A DNA stretch of 64,000 nt from Candidatus Omnitrophota bacterium (GCA_003140935.1 PLLJ01000023.1:24824-88823), one strand, 5' to 3'. Shown: positions 1 to 10,330, counted from the stretch's first letter. The notes: a model not told the origin generated them from the letters alone. Numbers and translations are program-made.

Positions 1-353
1 CTGTTTTCAAAATCACCAACGATCCCAGGATCACGCCGATCGGCAGTTTTCTCAGAAAGACGAGCCTTGATGAATTTCCTCAATTCCTGAATGTCCTCAT
101 GGGGGATATGAGCGTTGTGGGTCCCAGGCCTCCGCTTCCGAATGAAGTAGAAGAATATGAGCCTTGGCAGCGCCGGAGGCTTTCCATGAAGCCCGGCATT
201 ACCTGTATCTGGCAGGTCTCGGGACGCAACACCATCACTTTCGAAAAATGGATGGCGCTGGACCTGAAGTATATCGACAACTGGTCACTCGGATTGGACC
301 TTCAGCTTCTCGCCAAGACTCTTAAGGCCGTCGTTTCTCGCGACGGTAAGTAA
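1..353 (+). CDS. Polyprenyl-phosphate sugar phosphotransferase, C-terminal part (5' end lies outside the window)
   Basis: Reading frame opens at the window edge (frame from nt 3). The translation ...[44 protein letters not shown]...[13 protein letters not shown] matches the conserved bacterial sugar-transferase (WbaP/ExoY/CpsE) C-terminal domain. Confidence 0.8.
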   Translation, partial: VFKITNDPRITPIGSFLRKTSLDEFPQFLNVLMGDMSVVGPRPPLPNEVEEYEPWQRRRLSMKPGITCIWQVSGRNTITFEKWMALDLKYIDNWSLGLDLQLLAKTLKAVVSRDGK

Positions 354-619
354 AACTTTCCCGCCGCATAGCTAAAACTCCGTCTACCCTCCAAGGGATT
401 ACCGGCACTTTTCGTCAAAAATTTGTAATGTTTATCCTTACATCCTATGGGGGAAAGGAAGAAGACCTAATGCCCTGTTCCCTGATACTCCTTGAGGCTA
501 TTAGTCGCAAGATCAAATGGACATAGCCTGACATACAAAAAAACGTCGTCTGTTAAACTTTTGTTGCAATGTTGGTGAGAAAAAGACGCACAGTTATTTT
601 AGAGAAGGAGAGTGCAGCT

Positions 620-1564
620 ATGAAAAGCAAGTATCAGTATCTTTCCGGAAAAACATTAGGGAAGACGGGGCGAGATTATCCCTCTAAAGATAAAGATTTG
701 ACGATCGTGATGTTCCCTTACGAAAGCCACAGCGTATTCCCTAAAGCGATCCGAGAGATCCATAAAGTTCTCTCGATCCCCTTCAATCTGATCGTCGTTG
801 AAGGGAACGCTTCCGATGAGGTCCGGAGCCAGTTGGAAGAATGTGAAAAACGCTACGGGAACACAACGGTTCTTTACTCCACCAAGTACCTGTCGCCGGG
901 GGAGATCATCAATCTGGCCAAGGCTCAGGTCAAGACTCCCTACAGCTTCTTTTTGGATAACGAGATCTACATCAGACCGGGCTGCATCGAGCGAATGCTT
1001 ATGAATGCCAAGAACTGGGGCACAGATATTGTTTTTCCGAAGAACAGTCTGATCTCTCGCGTGTTCAAGACACCGCAGAAAGATATCGTCAGTCTTGAAA
1101 CGCCCGGCTTGCGGCTTACGTTCCTCATCTCCACGTCAAGCCTTTCAAAACTTGTGAAGGTGGATGAACATACCGATCTGTATACCGCGGGATGGGACCT
1201 CATGCTTGAGTTCCAAGCAAAAGAGCTCAGGACCCGGGTCTCCGATGAGGCCTGGGTGGAAAGCTATCCCGAGCATGCGATCAGAAGAAGCGATCGTTCC
1301 CTCTATCAGCATCAATGGGACCTTAAGCGTCACCACGATGTCGTTGGCTATTTCCAAAGCAAATGGAATCTGGAGATCCAGGACGGTCTTTATCAACGGT
1401 GGTTTGAAGCCAAGAGCCGGAAGGCGGCCGCCCCGACGTCCCAGGATCCGGAGTACGAACCTTCCACACACGAAGTTCAACTTCAATCGCGTCCTCTGGA
1501 GAACCCATCGGCTTCATTGGAAAACGTTCCTCTTCCGGGGAATAACGGGCGAACGGAGGGTTGA
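620..1564 (+). CDS. Hypothetical GT-A-fold glycosyltransferase-like protein
   Basis: AGAAGGAGAG RBS 8 nt before the ATG at 620. Short segments (IVMFPYES, LIVVEGNASDE, FFLDNEIY) resemble GT2 N-terminal motifs, but the DxD is replaced by DNE. Stop is 1 nt before rfbF. Confidence 0.45.
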   Translation: MKSKYQYLSGKTLGKTGRDYPSKDKDLTIVMFPYESHSVFPKAIREIHKVLSIPFNLIVVEGNASDEVRSQLEECEKRYGNTTVLYSTKYLSPGEIINLAKAQVKTPYSFFLDNEIYIRPGCIERMLMNAKNWGTDIVFPKNSLISRVFKTPQKDIVSLETPGLRLTFLISTSSLSKLVKVDEHTDLYTAGWDLMLEFQAKELRTRVSDEAWVESYPEHAIRRSDRSLYQHQWDLKRHHDVVGYFQSKWNLEIQDGLYQRWFEAKSRKAAAPTSQDPEYEPSTHEVQLQSRPLENPSASLENVPLPGNNGRTEG

Positions 1565-1565
1565 T

Positions 1566-2336
1566 ATGAAGGCCATTATCCTTGCGGGAGGGAAGGGGAC
1601 GCGGCTTTCGGAGGAGACACTGTTAAAGCCAAAACCATTGGTCGAAATAGGCGAGATGCCGATCCTGTGGCACATCATGAAGTACTACTCCTCCTTCGGA
1701 ATCAATGATTTTGTGATCTGCTGCGGCTACAAGAGTTACATGATCAAAGAATATTTTGCGAACTATTTTCTCTATTGCTCCGATGTGACGTTCGATATGA
1801 CGGGAAATACGATGCAGGTGCTTAAGAAAAAGGCCGAACCGTGGCGAGTCACCCTGATCAATACCGGGCTTGAGACGCTGACCGGAGGACGTTTGAAATG
1901 TGTGAAAGACCATGTGGGCGGCGAGTCTTTTTGTTTCACTTACGGCGACGGCCTCAGTGATGTGAATATCGCCAAGCTTATTGATTTTCACAAAAAACAT
2001 AAGAAGATCGCGACGGTTACTGCTTCAAAGCACCAGAGCCGCTACGGGGTCATTTCTGCGGACCACGATCTTGTGACGCAATTCAGCGAAAAACCGATCA
2101 TGGAAAACAGCTGGATGAATTCCGGTTTTTTTGTGTTGGAGCCGGCCGTTTTTGATTACCTCCCCGAGAAAGATACCATGTTTGAAAAAGAACCGATGCA
2201 GCGTCTGATCCAAAGCGGCCAGCTCTGCGCATACCGTCACGACGGTTTTTTTCAATCCATGGATTCTTTGAGGGACAAAATGATCCTGGAGGATCTGTGG
2301 CAGAGGGGAGAAGCCCCATGGAAAGTATGGCTATGA
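1566..2336 (+). CDS. rfbF: Glucose-1-phosphate cytidylyltransferase
   Basis: MKAIILAGGKGTRLSEETLLKPKPLVEIGEMPILWHIMKYYS...FQSMDSLRDKMILEDLWQRGEAPWKVW is near-colinear with enterobacterial RfbF/DdhA. GGAGGG RBS is present. The long ORF 1164-2336 in the track is an upstream artefact extension. Confidence 0.93.
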   Translation: MKAIILAGGKGTRLSEETLLKPKPLVEIGEMPILWHIMKYYSSFGINDFVICCGYKSYMIKEYFANYFLYCSDVTFDMTGNTMQVLKKKAEPWRVTLINTGLETLTGGRLKCVKDHVGGESFCFTYGDGLSDVNIAKLIDFHKKHKKIATVTASKHQSRYGVISADHDLVTQFSEKPIMENSWMNSGFFVLEPAVFDYLPEKDTMFEKEPMQRLIQSGQLCAYRHDGFFQSMDSLRDKMILEDLWQRGEAPWKVWL

Positions 2337-3463
2337 ACGATCACTTCTGGAAAAATAAAAAAGTTTTTTTGACGGGGCACACGGGTTTTAAAGGGAGTTG
2401 GTGTGTGTTGTGGCTCAAAAGTCTTGGCGCCGATATCACGGGATATTCGTTAGAGCCTCCAACGCGGCCTAGTTTGTTCGAGAGCGCCCGGGTCGACGAA
2501 GGTATAAGGTCTGTCATCGGAGACATCCGGGACTTCCAGTATTTAAAAAAATGTCTCGGCGAAACCGCTCCGGATATCGTGATCCACATGGCGGCCCAGC
2601 CTCTCGTGCGGAAGTCTTATCAAGATCCGGTGGGGACTTACGCGACGAATGTCCTCGGGACCGTTCATTTACTTGAAGCGGTACGCCAGGGAACCGGTGA
2701 CCCCGTCGTCATCAACATCACAACGGACAAGTGCTATGAAAACAAGGAGTTGGACCGGGGCTATCGCGAGAATGAACCTCTGGGCGGGGCGGACCCTTAT
2801 AGCAGTAGTAAAGCATGTTCTGAAATAGCCACCTCGGCTTATCGGGATTCATACTTTCGATCCAAAGATGGTAGAGCTCGAGGCGTTGCGTTGGCAACGT
2901 GCCGTGCCGGAAACGTTATCGGAGGCGGTGATTGGGCCGAAGATCGGTTGGTCCCTGACATCGTGCGGGCTTTGATGGACGGGAGGGAGGTCATCATCAG
3001 AAATCCCAATTCCGTACGGCCCTGGCAGCATGTGTTGGACCCTTTGAACGGATACTTCACGCTCATCGAGAAACTTTTTGAAAATAGATCGCAATACGCG
3101 GAAGCTTGGAATTTCGGCCCGGACGAAGATGCCGCAAAACCGGTGTCTTGGATCGTGGATCAGCTTTTCATGTTTTGGGGCAAAAAGAGTTTTTGGAAAA
3201 AGGATCAAAATGATAATCCCCACGAAGCGAACTTGTTAAAGCTCAATTGCTCTAAAGCGAAGTCTCGTTTGGGATGGAGACCCAAATTGGGTTTGGAGGA
3301 GGCGTTGCGGTGGACTGCGGAGTGGTTTAAAGCTTACGCGGGAGGCGGGGATATGCGCCAGTTCAGTGAATCTCAGATCCGGAAATTTATGGAGGCCGGC
3401 TATGTTCCGGCTAAGACAGGAGAAAGTAAAGTTTTGAAAGAGGCTCATGTTTCTTGTTCGTGA
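2318..3463 (+). CDS. rfbG: CDP-glucose 4,6-dehydratase
   Basis: FWKNKKVFLTGHTGFKGSWCVLWL...HMAAQPLVRKSY...YSSSKACSEIATSAYRDSY...RPWQHVLDPLNGY is colinear with RfbG/DdhB and carries the SDR YxxxK motif. Alternative start at 2333 forms an ATGA overlap with the rfbF stop. Confidence 0.92.
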   Translation: MESMAMNDHFWKNKKVFLTGHTGFKGSWCVLWLKSLGADITGYSLEPPTRPSLFESARVDEGIRSVIGDIRDFQYLKKCLGETAPDIVIHMAAQPLVRKSYQDPVGTYATNVLGTVHLLEAVRQGTGDPVVINITTDKCYENKELDRGYRENEPLGGADPYSSSKACSEIATSAYRDSYFRSKDGRARGVALATCRAGNVIGGGDWAEDRLVPDIVRALMDGREVIIRNPNSVRPWQHVLDPLNGYFTLIEKLFENRSQYAEAWNFGPDEDAAKPVSWIVDQLFMFWGKKSFWKKDQNDNPHEANLLKLNCSKAKSRLGWRPKLGLEEALRWTAEWFKAYAGGGDMRQFSESQIRKFMEAGYVPAKTGESKVLKEAHVSCS

Positions 3464-3519
3464 GGGCGGGGTGTCACGGCCCCACCGATCACAGAAGGGG
3501 CATAGTCCAGGAGGAGCAG

Positions 3520-4083
3520 ATGATGATCTTTAAAGAAACAAAGCTTAAAGGCGCATTTATCGTTGAACTCGATAAAAAAGAGGACGAGCGGGGATTTTTT
3601 GCAAGGGCTTTTTGCCGGAATGAGTTCTCCAAGCAGGGTCTTAAGGCAGATATTGCCCAGATCAATACGTCTCACAATAACAAGAAGGGCACCCTGCGCG
3701 GCATGCACTTTCAAGCGGATCCCTATCCGGAATGCAAGATCAACCGCTGTATCCGAGGCGCCATTTACGATGTCATCATTGACCTGCGGCCGGATTCAAA
3801 AACTTTTAAACAATGGTTCGGGATCGAATTGCGCGAAGGGGACGGGAGGATGCTCTATGTCCCGGAGCATTTTGCCCACGGGTATCAGACCCTCGAAGAT
3901 CATTCCGAAGTCCTTTACCTGGTCACCCAATTTTATGTTCCTAGTGCGGGGAAGGGTGTTCTGTACAACGATCCGGCTTTTAATATTCAATGGCCGGTGG
4001 AAATCACTTCCGTGTCGGAGCAGGACATGAGTTGGAAACCTTTCAAGCTCGAGGGAACCTTGAAATGTTCTTGCGGGTCATAA
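3520..4083 (+). CDS. Sugar-nucleotide 3,5-epimerase, RmlC-like cupin; likely acts on CDP-4-keto-6-deoxyglucose
   Basis: GAGGAG RBS. MMIFKETKLKGAFIVELDKKEDERGFF...RGMHFQ...YVPEHFAHGYQTL is the typical dTDP-4-dehydrorhamnose 3,5-epimerase fold signature. Confidence 0.8.
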   Translation: MMIFKETKLKGAFIVELDKKEDERGFFARAFCRNEFSKQGLKADIAQINTSHNNKKGTLRGMHFQADPYPECKINRCIRGAIYDVIIDLRPDSKTFKQWFGIELREGDGRMLYVPEHFAHGYQTLEDHSEVLYLVTQFYVPSAGKGVLYNDPAFNIQWPVEITSVSEQDMSWKPFKLEGTLKCSCGS

Positions 4084-4119
4084 GCTGATCATAATCCCCA
4101 GGAAAGGAGGGTTCAATCC

Positions 4120-5157
4120 ATGAAAGCGACTATCGCGGTACCCACCAAAAACCGGACAAAGTATTTAGACGAGGTTTTTGCGGGAGCGCTAGGGCAACAT
4201 TACGATGATTACGAGATCCTTGTGGGCGATTCCTCCGATCAGGACGACGTGTACGAAAAGATCAAGTCTCTCGGCCCCGATAAAAAGATCCGCTATGTAC
4301 GCTACCCTCCCTTTGCGACGCAGCCATGGAAATTCACTCAAATGCTCAAGGAGGCCAAAGGGGAATGGATGACCTTTTTAGGGGATGACGATCTTTTGGA
4401 TCCGGATTATCTCCAAGTGCTGATGGGGCATGCCGAAGGGCAACCTAATGCGACCATCATCCTGAACCGTTTTCGGGAGATCAACGGGGAGGGGAAACTT
4501 TTGCGTCTGGATCCGCTGCATAAAACCGTCATGTCTCCGGCGGAGTTTCTGAGCCGTTTATTCCTGCCGTCGAGGGATTTTTTTAAAATGAATATCACGG
4601 GTCCGTTATTCCGGAGGGAAATACTTCTTCAGGAGGGCGGCTTTCCCGAACTTCCGAATTGTTGGCATACGGACATTCTCGGCTGGGCCAGAGTGGGGTC
4701 ACGCGGGTTGGCGATCTTTGAGAAAAGATCGCTTTGCGGTGTACGGGTTCATTATGGTTCATTGACATCGACCTCGTTTAATGACGATGTGGAAGACCTG
4801 ATCCAGACGAGTCAAGGTTTGGAAGAGATCGTTTCGGGTTTGCTTACGAGGATGGAATCGGAACTCACGACAGCGGAAGATGTGAGGTTCTTAAAGACAG
4901 CGAGACAAAATCTTCACACCTACGCGCGGCGTCATATCGGGCGGGCCTTTGACCGCGGATTTGTGGGGCTTTTGTCCAAAGATGATAGGGAGCTTTCTGA
5001 AAAGCTAGCGCACATGTTTAAAAGAATGCAGGCGATGAAGATCCCTGTTTTTGGGTCGGCCTATATTTACTCTTTTTTGAGACTTTTGAATTATTCCTTA
5101 AGGCGTCCGTTACTCGACGCGCTGGTCCGGTACAAGATCAGAAAACTATGCTCATAA
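4120..5157 (+). CDS. GT2-type glycosyltransferase, paralog A
   Basis: AGGAAAGGAGGG RBS. N-terminal IAVPTKNRTKYLDEVF...YEILVGDSSDQDD and a GDDD DxD motif. About 50% identical to the product of 6656-7690. Confidence 0.7.
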   Translation: MKATIAVPTKNRTKYLDEVFAGALGQHYDDYEILVGDSSDQDDVYEKIKSLGPDKKIRYVRYPPFATQPWKFTQMLKEAKGEWMTFLGDDDLLDPDYLQVLMGHAEGQPNATIILNRFREINGEGKLLRLDPLHKTVMSPAEFLSRLFLPSRDFFKMNITGPLFRREILLQEGGFPELPNCWHTDILGWARVGSRGLAIFEKRSLCGVRVHYGSLTSTSFNDDVEDLIQTSQGLEEIVSGLLTRMESELTTAEDVRFLKTARQNLHTYARRHIGRAFDRGFVGLLSKDDRELSEKLAHMFKRMQAMKIPVFGSAYIYSFLRLLNYSLRRPLLDALVRYKIRKLCS

Positions 5158-5246
5158 CCGCGGAAAGTTTTTATGATCCAAACGATGACCGGAATACTTG
5201 AAAGAAATTCGATGACGGAAGATGCAGCTTTCATAGGAGAACCTGG

Positions 5247-6659
5247 ATGATCCTTATCGATCGGGCACTTCAGCAAAGGGAAGAAGAAAATAAACCGATC
5301 CGTGTCGGTATGATCGGCGCTGGTTTTATGGGGCGGATGATCGCGTTTCAGATCGGAACCTCTGTGACCGGGATGCGGATGGTCGCGATCGCGAATCGCC
5401 ATGTGGAGAAGGCGAAGGAGGCTTATGCGCTTGCCGGCATTCACGACGTTCAAGAGGTCTCGGAGCTGGACGAGCTGGAGGATGCTATTTTAAAGGGACG
5501 CTGTGCGGTGACGGAAAACCCGCTTCTTTTAAGCCGGGCGGAGAATATTGATGTTCTGATCGAAGTGACCGGCACTATTAATTATGCGGTCTATCCGATT
5601 CTCGAAGCCATTCAACATAACAAGCATGTTATTTTGATGAACGCGGAGCTGGATGCCACGTTGGGGCCCATCCTGAAAACCTTTGCGGACAAAAAAAGGG
5701 TTGTGTATACGAATGCGGACGGCGATCAACCGGGAGTGGAAATGAACCTTTATCGATTCGTCAAAGGGACCGGGATCAGGCCTGTTTTGGCGGGAAACGT
5801 CAAGGGTTTGTATGATCCTCACCGGACGCCCGAGACTCAGGCAGCATTTGCAAAGCAATGGGGACAGAATCCGCGAATGGTCACCTCGTTCGCGGACGGG
5901 ACCAAAGTTTCATTCGAGCAAGCTGTTGTGGCCAATGCAACGGGCATGTCCATCGCTAAAAGGGGAATGCTTGGGTTTACGGTGCCATCCGGTATGGAGA
6001 TCCGTGAGGCATTTAAAATCTACCCCGCGGATGTGCTTTTAAAAGGTAACGGGATTGTCGATTACCTTGTCGCCGCCGAGCCGGGGGCCGGGGTTTTTAT
6101 CATCGGTCATGAAACACATCCTCTGCAGCGGAAATATCTCGAGCTCTACAAGCTCGGGAAAGGTCCTTTTTATTGCTTTTATGCGCCTTATCATTTATGC
6201 CACTTTGAAATTCCCAATTCGGTCGCACGTACCGTGATCTTTCACGATGCCGCTGCGACTCCGATGGGCGCTCCTCAGGTGGATGTGGTCGCAACGGCCA
6301 AGAGGGACCTCAGAAAAGGCGAGATGCTGGATGGGATCGGTTGCTTCATGACCTACGGACAATGTGAAAAGGCGGAGATCACCTACTCAGAACAACTCTT
6401 GCCCATGGGCATTGCCGAGGGATGCGTTTTGAACCGGGATATTACCAAAGACGCAGTGCTGACCTATAGAGATGTCACGCTCCCTGAGAATTCCATGAGC
6501 GTTGAACTCAGGCGCCAACAAGATCAGTCGTTTTTTTCAGGACAAAAGGATATGGAAACAGCCTCTTTGAAAGAGCGGTCCCGGCATTCTGAAGAAGAAA
6601 GATACTGGGAGGTCTACCATTTCGGTGCCGGAAATCGAGATTCACAGGTGATGCCATGA
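5247..6659 (+). CDS. NAD(P)-binding oxidoreductase with C-terminal SAF-like domain, COG4091-type (predicted homoserine-dehydrogenase-like)
   Basis: AGGAGA RBS. Rossmann motif IRVGMIGAGFMGR at the N-terminus. Overall architecture is the family annotated as predicted homoserine dehydrogenase with a SAF domain. Confidence 0.55.
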   Translation: MILIDRALQQREEENKPIRVGMIGAGFMGRMIAFQIGTSVTGMRMVAIANRHVEKAKEAYALAGIHDVQEVSELDELEDAILKGRCAVTENPLLLSRAENIDVLIEVTGTINYAVYPILEAIQHNKHVILMNAELDATLGPILKTFADKKRVVYTNADGDQPGVEMNLYRFVKGTGIRPVLAGNVKGLYDPHRTPETQAAFAKQWGQNPRMVTSFADGTKVSFEQAVVANATGMSIAKRGMLGFTVPSGMEIREAFKIYPADVLLKGNGIVDYLVAAEPGAGVFIIGHETHPLQRKYLELYKLGKGPFYCFYAPYHLCHFEIPNSVARTVIFHDAAATPMGAPQVDVVATAKRDLRKGEMLDGIGCFMTYGQCEKAEITYSEQLLPMGIAEGCVLNRDITKDAVLTYRDVTLPENSMSVELRRQQDQSFFSGQKDMETASLKERSRHSEEERYWEVYHFGAGNRDSQVMP

Positions 6660-7690
6660 GAGCAACGATCGCGATTCCTGCCCACAATTCCACAAAGTAC
6701 TTCGAAGAAGCCTTTGCCGGCGCCATGCGGCAGAATTTTGAAGACTATGAGGTTGTGGTCGCGGACTCTTCCGATCACGATAGCGTTCAGGAGAAAGTAG
6801 AGCCTTATTTGACGGATGGCAAGGCGCGCTATTTGCGTCTGCCCCCCGAAACAGAATTTCTTGTGAAACTGAATATTCTTCTTAAGTCCGCCCAGGGAGA
6901 GTGGATGACATACCTGTGTGATGACGACACCCTTCGCGAGGATTATTTGAGCGTCATGATGAAACATGCGGAAAGTCAACCCCAGGCGACTTTGATCCGG
7001 TGCCGGTTCGAGATCATTGATGGAGAAGGGCATCTTTTAAGGATGGATCCTGGGTCGAAGGAAGTGATGGGTCCTGCGGAGTTTTTGAGCCGCTTGTTCC
7101 TCCCCGAAAAGAAATTCTTCAAAATGAATATATCGGGAGTCTTGTTCCACCGTAAGACTTTTTTGGAAGAAGGAGGGTTCCGTGAATTCCCTCTGGCGTG
7201 GCATGCCGACTTGCTGTCGTGGGCCCTTATAGGGTCCCGGGGGCTGTGTATTTTCGAAAAAAAATGCCTTACGGAGATCCGTGTGCATCCTGATTCTCAG
7301 AATTCAGTCTATGACGAGGACCTGCTGAAGGCCGTTCAGACGAATTCCGGCGTGAGCGATGCACTGGAGCATATCTTAAAGAGACTCGAACAAGAAGTGA
7401 CGACCTTTAAAGACCGTAAATTTTTGGAGGCCGCGAAAAAGAATGTTAAGCATTATATGCGAAGGCATCTTTCGAGGGCATTCGACCATGGTTTTATGGC
7501 TGCCCTGTCGACAGACCGTCCCGGTATCGGTGAATATGTCGGATCGTGGCTTGAAAAAATGAAACAGATGGGAGTTCCCAGGTTCAAATCAGCATTGGTG
7601 TATTCCTGTCTGGGACATTTGGCTTATCCCGTACGGCGGCCGGTGCTGGACGTGTTCAAGCGGTATAAGACGAGAAAGTGGTGCCGTTGA
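6656..7690 (+). CDS. GT2-type glycosyltransferase, paralog B
   Basis: ATGA overlap with the upstream stop. MRATIAIPAHNSTKYFEEAF...YEVVVADSSDHD...CDDD. Clear paralog of the 4120-5157 product. Confidence 0.7.
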   Translation: MRATIAIPAHNSTKYFEEAFAGAMRQNFEDYEVVVADSSDHDSVQEKVEPYLTDGKARYLRLPPETEFLVKLNILLKSAQGEWMTYLCDDDTLREDYLSVMMKHAESQPQATLIRCRFEIIDGEGHLLRMDPGSKEVMGPAEFLSRLFLPEKKFFKMNISGVLFHRKTFLEEGGFREFPLAWHADLLSWALIGSRGLCIFEKKCLTEIRVHPDSQNSVYDEDLLKAVQTNSGVSDALEHILKRLEQEVTTFKDRKFLEAAKKNVKHYMRRHLSRAFDHGFMAALSTDRPGIGEYVGSWLEKMKQMGVPRFKSALVYSCLGHLAYPVRRPVLDVFKRYKTRKWCR

Positions 7691-7753
7691 TCCCAGGGAA
7701 TGCAGATTTTGAGAAGCGGAATGCAGAGGATGTGCTGAAAAGGAGAGTTTTCG

Positions 7754-8773
7754 ATGAAAAACCATAAGGGTCCCGGATGTATTTTGGTGACGGGCGGCGC
7801 GGGTTTTATTGGCTCTCATCTGTGTGAACGATTGCTTCAGGAAGGATACCGGGTCGTTTCCTTTGACAATTTCAACAACTTTTATGACCGGTCCATCAAA
7901 GAGAGGAACATCGAATCGGTCCGGTCGCAATCGACAGACGGAAAATTTCTGAGCGTTTATGGAGACATCCGGGATAAATTCCATCTCTTTGAAGTAATGG
8001 AAAGGGAACGCCCCCTTTGTGTCATCCATCTGGCGGCCATGGCTGGGGTCCGGCCGTCGTTGCAGGACCCGTTACATTATACTGATGTCAATGTCGTCGG
8101 GACGCAGCTTCTTCTGGAGGCGTGTGCAGGGATGAAGGTACGTCACTTTATCTTCGCCTCTTCTTCTTCCGTTTATGGCAATAATTCCAAGGTGCCTTTT
8201 GCCGAGACGGACTGTGTGGATTACCCGATCTCACCCTATGCCGCAACTAAAAAGGCCGGGGAATTGATCTGTTACAATTATTTCCATCTTCACGCCATGA
8301 GGATCGCATGCCTCCGTTTCTTTACGGTTTATGGGCCCCGCCAGCGTCCCGATTTGGCGATTCATAAGTTCGCCAGGATCATCCAAAGCGGTCAGGAAAT
8401 CTCGATGTATGGAGACGGCGAATCCCGGCGTGATTATACTTATATTGATGATTGCATCAGCGGCGTCATGGGGGCCCTCCGCTGGGTTGTTTCTGAAAAG
8501 GGAGCTCCGGCAGCCTATGAGATTGTGAACCTTGGAGAATCGCGCATGATTTCCCTGGCTGAGATGATCGCTTGCATTGAAAAGACGCTCGGGAAAAAAG
8601 CCCGGATCAAACGCCTGCCGCTCCAGCCCGGTGACGTGGAGCGGACCTATGCGGATATCAGCAAAGCGCGGCAATTGTTCGGCTATGCTCCCGCAACGGA
8701 TTTTGAAACCGGGATCGGACATTTCGTCGACTGGCTGCATTCTCTGGAAAAAGCGGGAGCTAAGACGTCATGA
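7754..8773 (+). CDS. NAD-dependent sugar-nucleotide epimerase/dehydratase (SDR); candidate 4-reductase/epimerase of the CDP-sugar pathway
   Basis: AAAGGAGAG RBS. ILVTGGAGFIGSHL Rossmann motif and SPYAATK catalytic YxxxK. Same family as UDP-glucuronate 4-epimerase and WcaG. Confidence 0.85.
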   Translation: MKNHKGPGCILVTGGAGFIGSHLCERLLQEGYRVVSFDNFNNFYDRSIKERNIESVRSQSTDGKFLSVYGDIRDKFHLFEVMERERPLCVIHLAAMAGVRPSLQDPLHYTDVNVVGTQLLLEACAGMKVRHFIFASSSSVYGNNSKVPFAETDCVDYPISPYAATKKAGELICYNYFHLHAMRIACLRFFTVYGPRQRPDLAIHKFARIIQSGQEISMYGDGESRRDYTYIDDCISGVMGALRWVVSEKGAPAAYEIVNLGESRMISLAEMIACIEKTLGKKARIKRLPLQPGDVERTYADISKARQLFGYAPATDFETGIGHFVDWLHSLEKAGAKTS

Positions 8774-9726
8774 ATCAGACCAAACCGCTTCCTTTTTTCT
8801 CAGTGGTCATCCCCGCTTATAACAGCGAAAGATATTTACCGGCGACCCTCGAAAGCGTGATCGGTCAAACGATCCGTGATTGGGAAATAGTCGTGGTGGA
8901 TGATGCATCGTCAGATGGAACGCCCGAGCTGTTGGCCAGGTATGCGGCGAAATATCCCCAGATCCGCATTTTCCGAAATGAACAGAACTCGGGCATCGCC
9001 AAGACCCTGAATCGCGGCATTCGCGAAGCCCGGGGAGAATGGATCGCCCGTCTTGACAGCGACGATCTGTTTACTCCGGGCTATCTGGGAACTCTTCGCT
9101 CTTTTATCGCAGAACTGCCGCATTCCCCTTGTTTTATTTCAAGCTGGGTCACCGTCATAGACGGAAATGGAGCGAAGGTGCTTGATGTGCGTTTGCCCTC
9201 CGCTAAAACAATCGCCCGCATGATGCATTTTGAGAATTTCCTTTATCATCCCGCCACGAGTTTCCCAAAGCGAGTGTGGGAACAAGTCGGCGGTTATCCG
9301 GATGAAGATCGGAAATTATCCGAAGACACGGAGATGTGGAAGCGGTTTTTCAAAAACGACGTATCACTTTTCATGATCCCAAAACACCTTGTCCTTTACA
9401 GGATCCATCAAACGAATACCACGTCCTTCAAGGACGGAGAAATAACAAAAAAGGGGAGCCGTCAAAGCGCCCTGGCGCAACAGTATCATGAATGGAGGGT
9501 CTCGCTTTTTTTAAAGCAGGGAGATCTCCGGGCCGCGCGTCATGAACTCCTCTTATTAAAGGAAATCCGACCAGCCTTTTCGTTAAAAAATACTTTGTAC
9601 TATCTTATGACGCTCCTCCCAAATTTCCTCGTCTATGGCTTCATGTGGGAGATCCGCCCCCGGATGCGTCGTTTGACAAAGTTCCTTAAGACCGGACTGC
9701 TTCAGGCCCGGCACAATCCCTCCTAG
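8770..9726 (+). CDS. Glycosyltransferase family 2
   Basis: ATGA overlap with the SDR stop. FSVVIPAYNSERYLPATLESVIGQT...EIVVVDDASSDGT...RLDSDD are canonical GT2 motifs. Confidence 0.85.
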   Translation: MNQTKPLPFFSVVIPAYNSERYLPATLESVIGQTIRDWEIVVVDDASSDGTPELLARYAAKYPQIRIFRNEQNSGIAKTLNRGIREARGEWIARLDSDDLFTPGYLGTLRSFIAELPHSPCFISSWVTVIDGNGAKVLDVRLPSAKTIARMMHFENFLYHPATSFPKRVWEQVGGYPDEDRKLSEDTEMWKRFFKNDVSLFMIPKHLVLYRIHQTNTTSFKDGEITKKGSRQSALAQQYHEWRVSLFLKQGDLRAARHELLLLKEIRPAFSLKNTLYYLMTLLPNFLVYGFMWEIRPRMRRLTKFLKTGLLQARHNPS

Positions 9727-10059
9727 ACACCTTTTTCATCCCTCCGAAAATTGATACTCCAGAATTTTCACATGATGAATGCTTTTTTTCAATCCTTCTT
9801 GTTATAAATCGCTATTCCCTGTTTATTAATGGGAATGACTGTCGACAAAAAGGATTAGAATGTTAATTAAGAAGCTGTTTGATAGCGCTTGAGAATGCCG
9901 TCTTTTGTGTCAAAAATATCAAAAAGATCCGCTTATTTTCACATTCCAGCAATTATTTTTGCCAAAAAATGACTTAATTGTAATGTTGTAACATCAATGA
10001 TATAAAAAAGATAAGTCGATTCCTAGACCCTAGAAAAAAATATTTTGTTTTTGTCACTT

Positions 10060-10330
10060 GCTTTTTATTTGAACCCCGTGTAGGGTTCTATCGTACGAGG
10101 GATGCGGTGATTCCCTGATACGAACAAAGCTTTTTCAAAGGTTTTACAGATTCTTGCTCCCGAAAGGGAGAGACCTCGAGTGCTGTTCCAGCCAAATCGT
10201 TCGAGATCGCAAATCGAAAGCCTCTTGACAAGAAGAACGTGATTGTCAGGCGAGTTTAAAGGTTTTGCGGTTCTGACGCATTTTTCAGACATAACATACG
10301 CACTTATATCCTACCTTAGCTTGCCCGCGG
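10060..10330 (+). ncRNA. Candidate structured 5' leader or ncRNA upstream of the giant surface-protein gene
   Basis: Consecutive perfect hairpins: GAACCCcgtgtaGGGTTC, AGGGAtgcggtgatTCCCT and CTCCCgaaaGGGAG (GNRA-type loop). The 300 nt before them are AT-rich and lack a convincing ORF. Confidence 0.25.

Noticed and set aside
1164-1565. N-terminal 134 aa of track ORF 1164-2336
   Set aside because: The homology-supported rfbF start is the RBS-preceded ATG at 1566. The upstream part overlaps the preceding gene in another frame.
10065-10292. 75-aa minus-strand ORF in the leader region
   Set aside because: No RBS. It coincides with the hairpin-rich region, which is more plausibly structural RNA or DNA.
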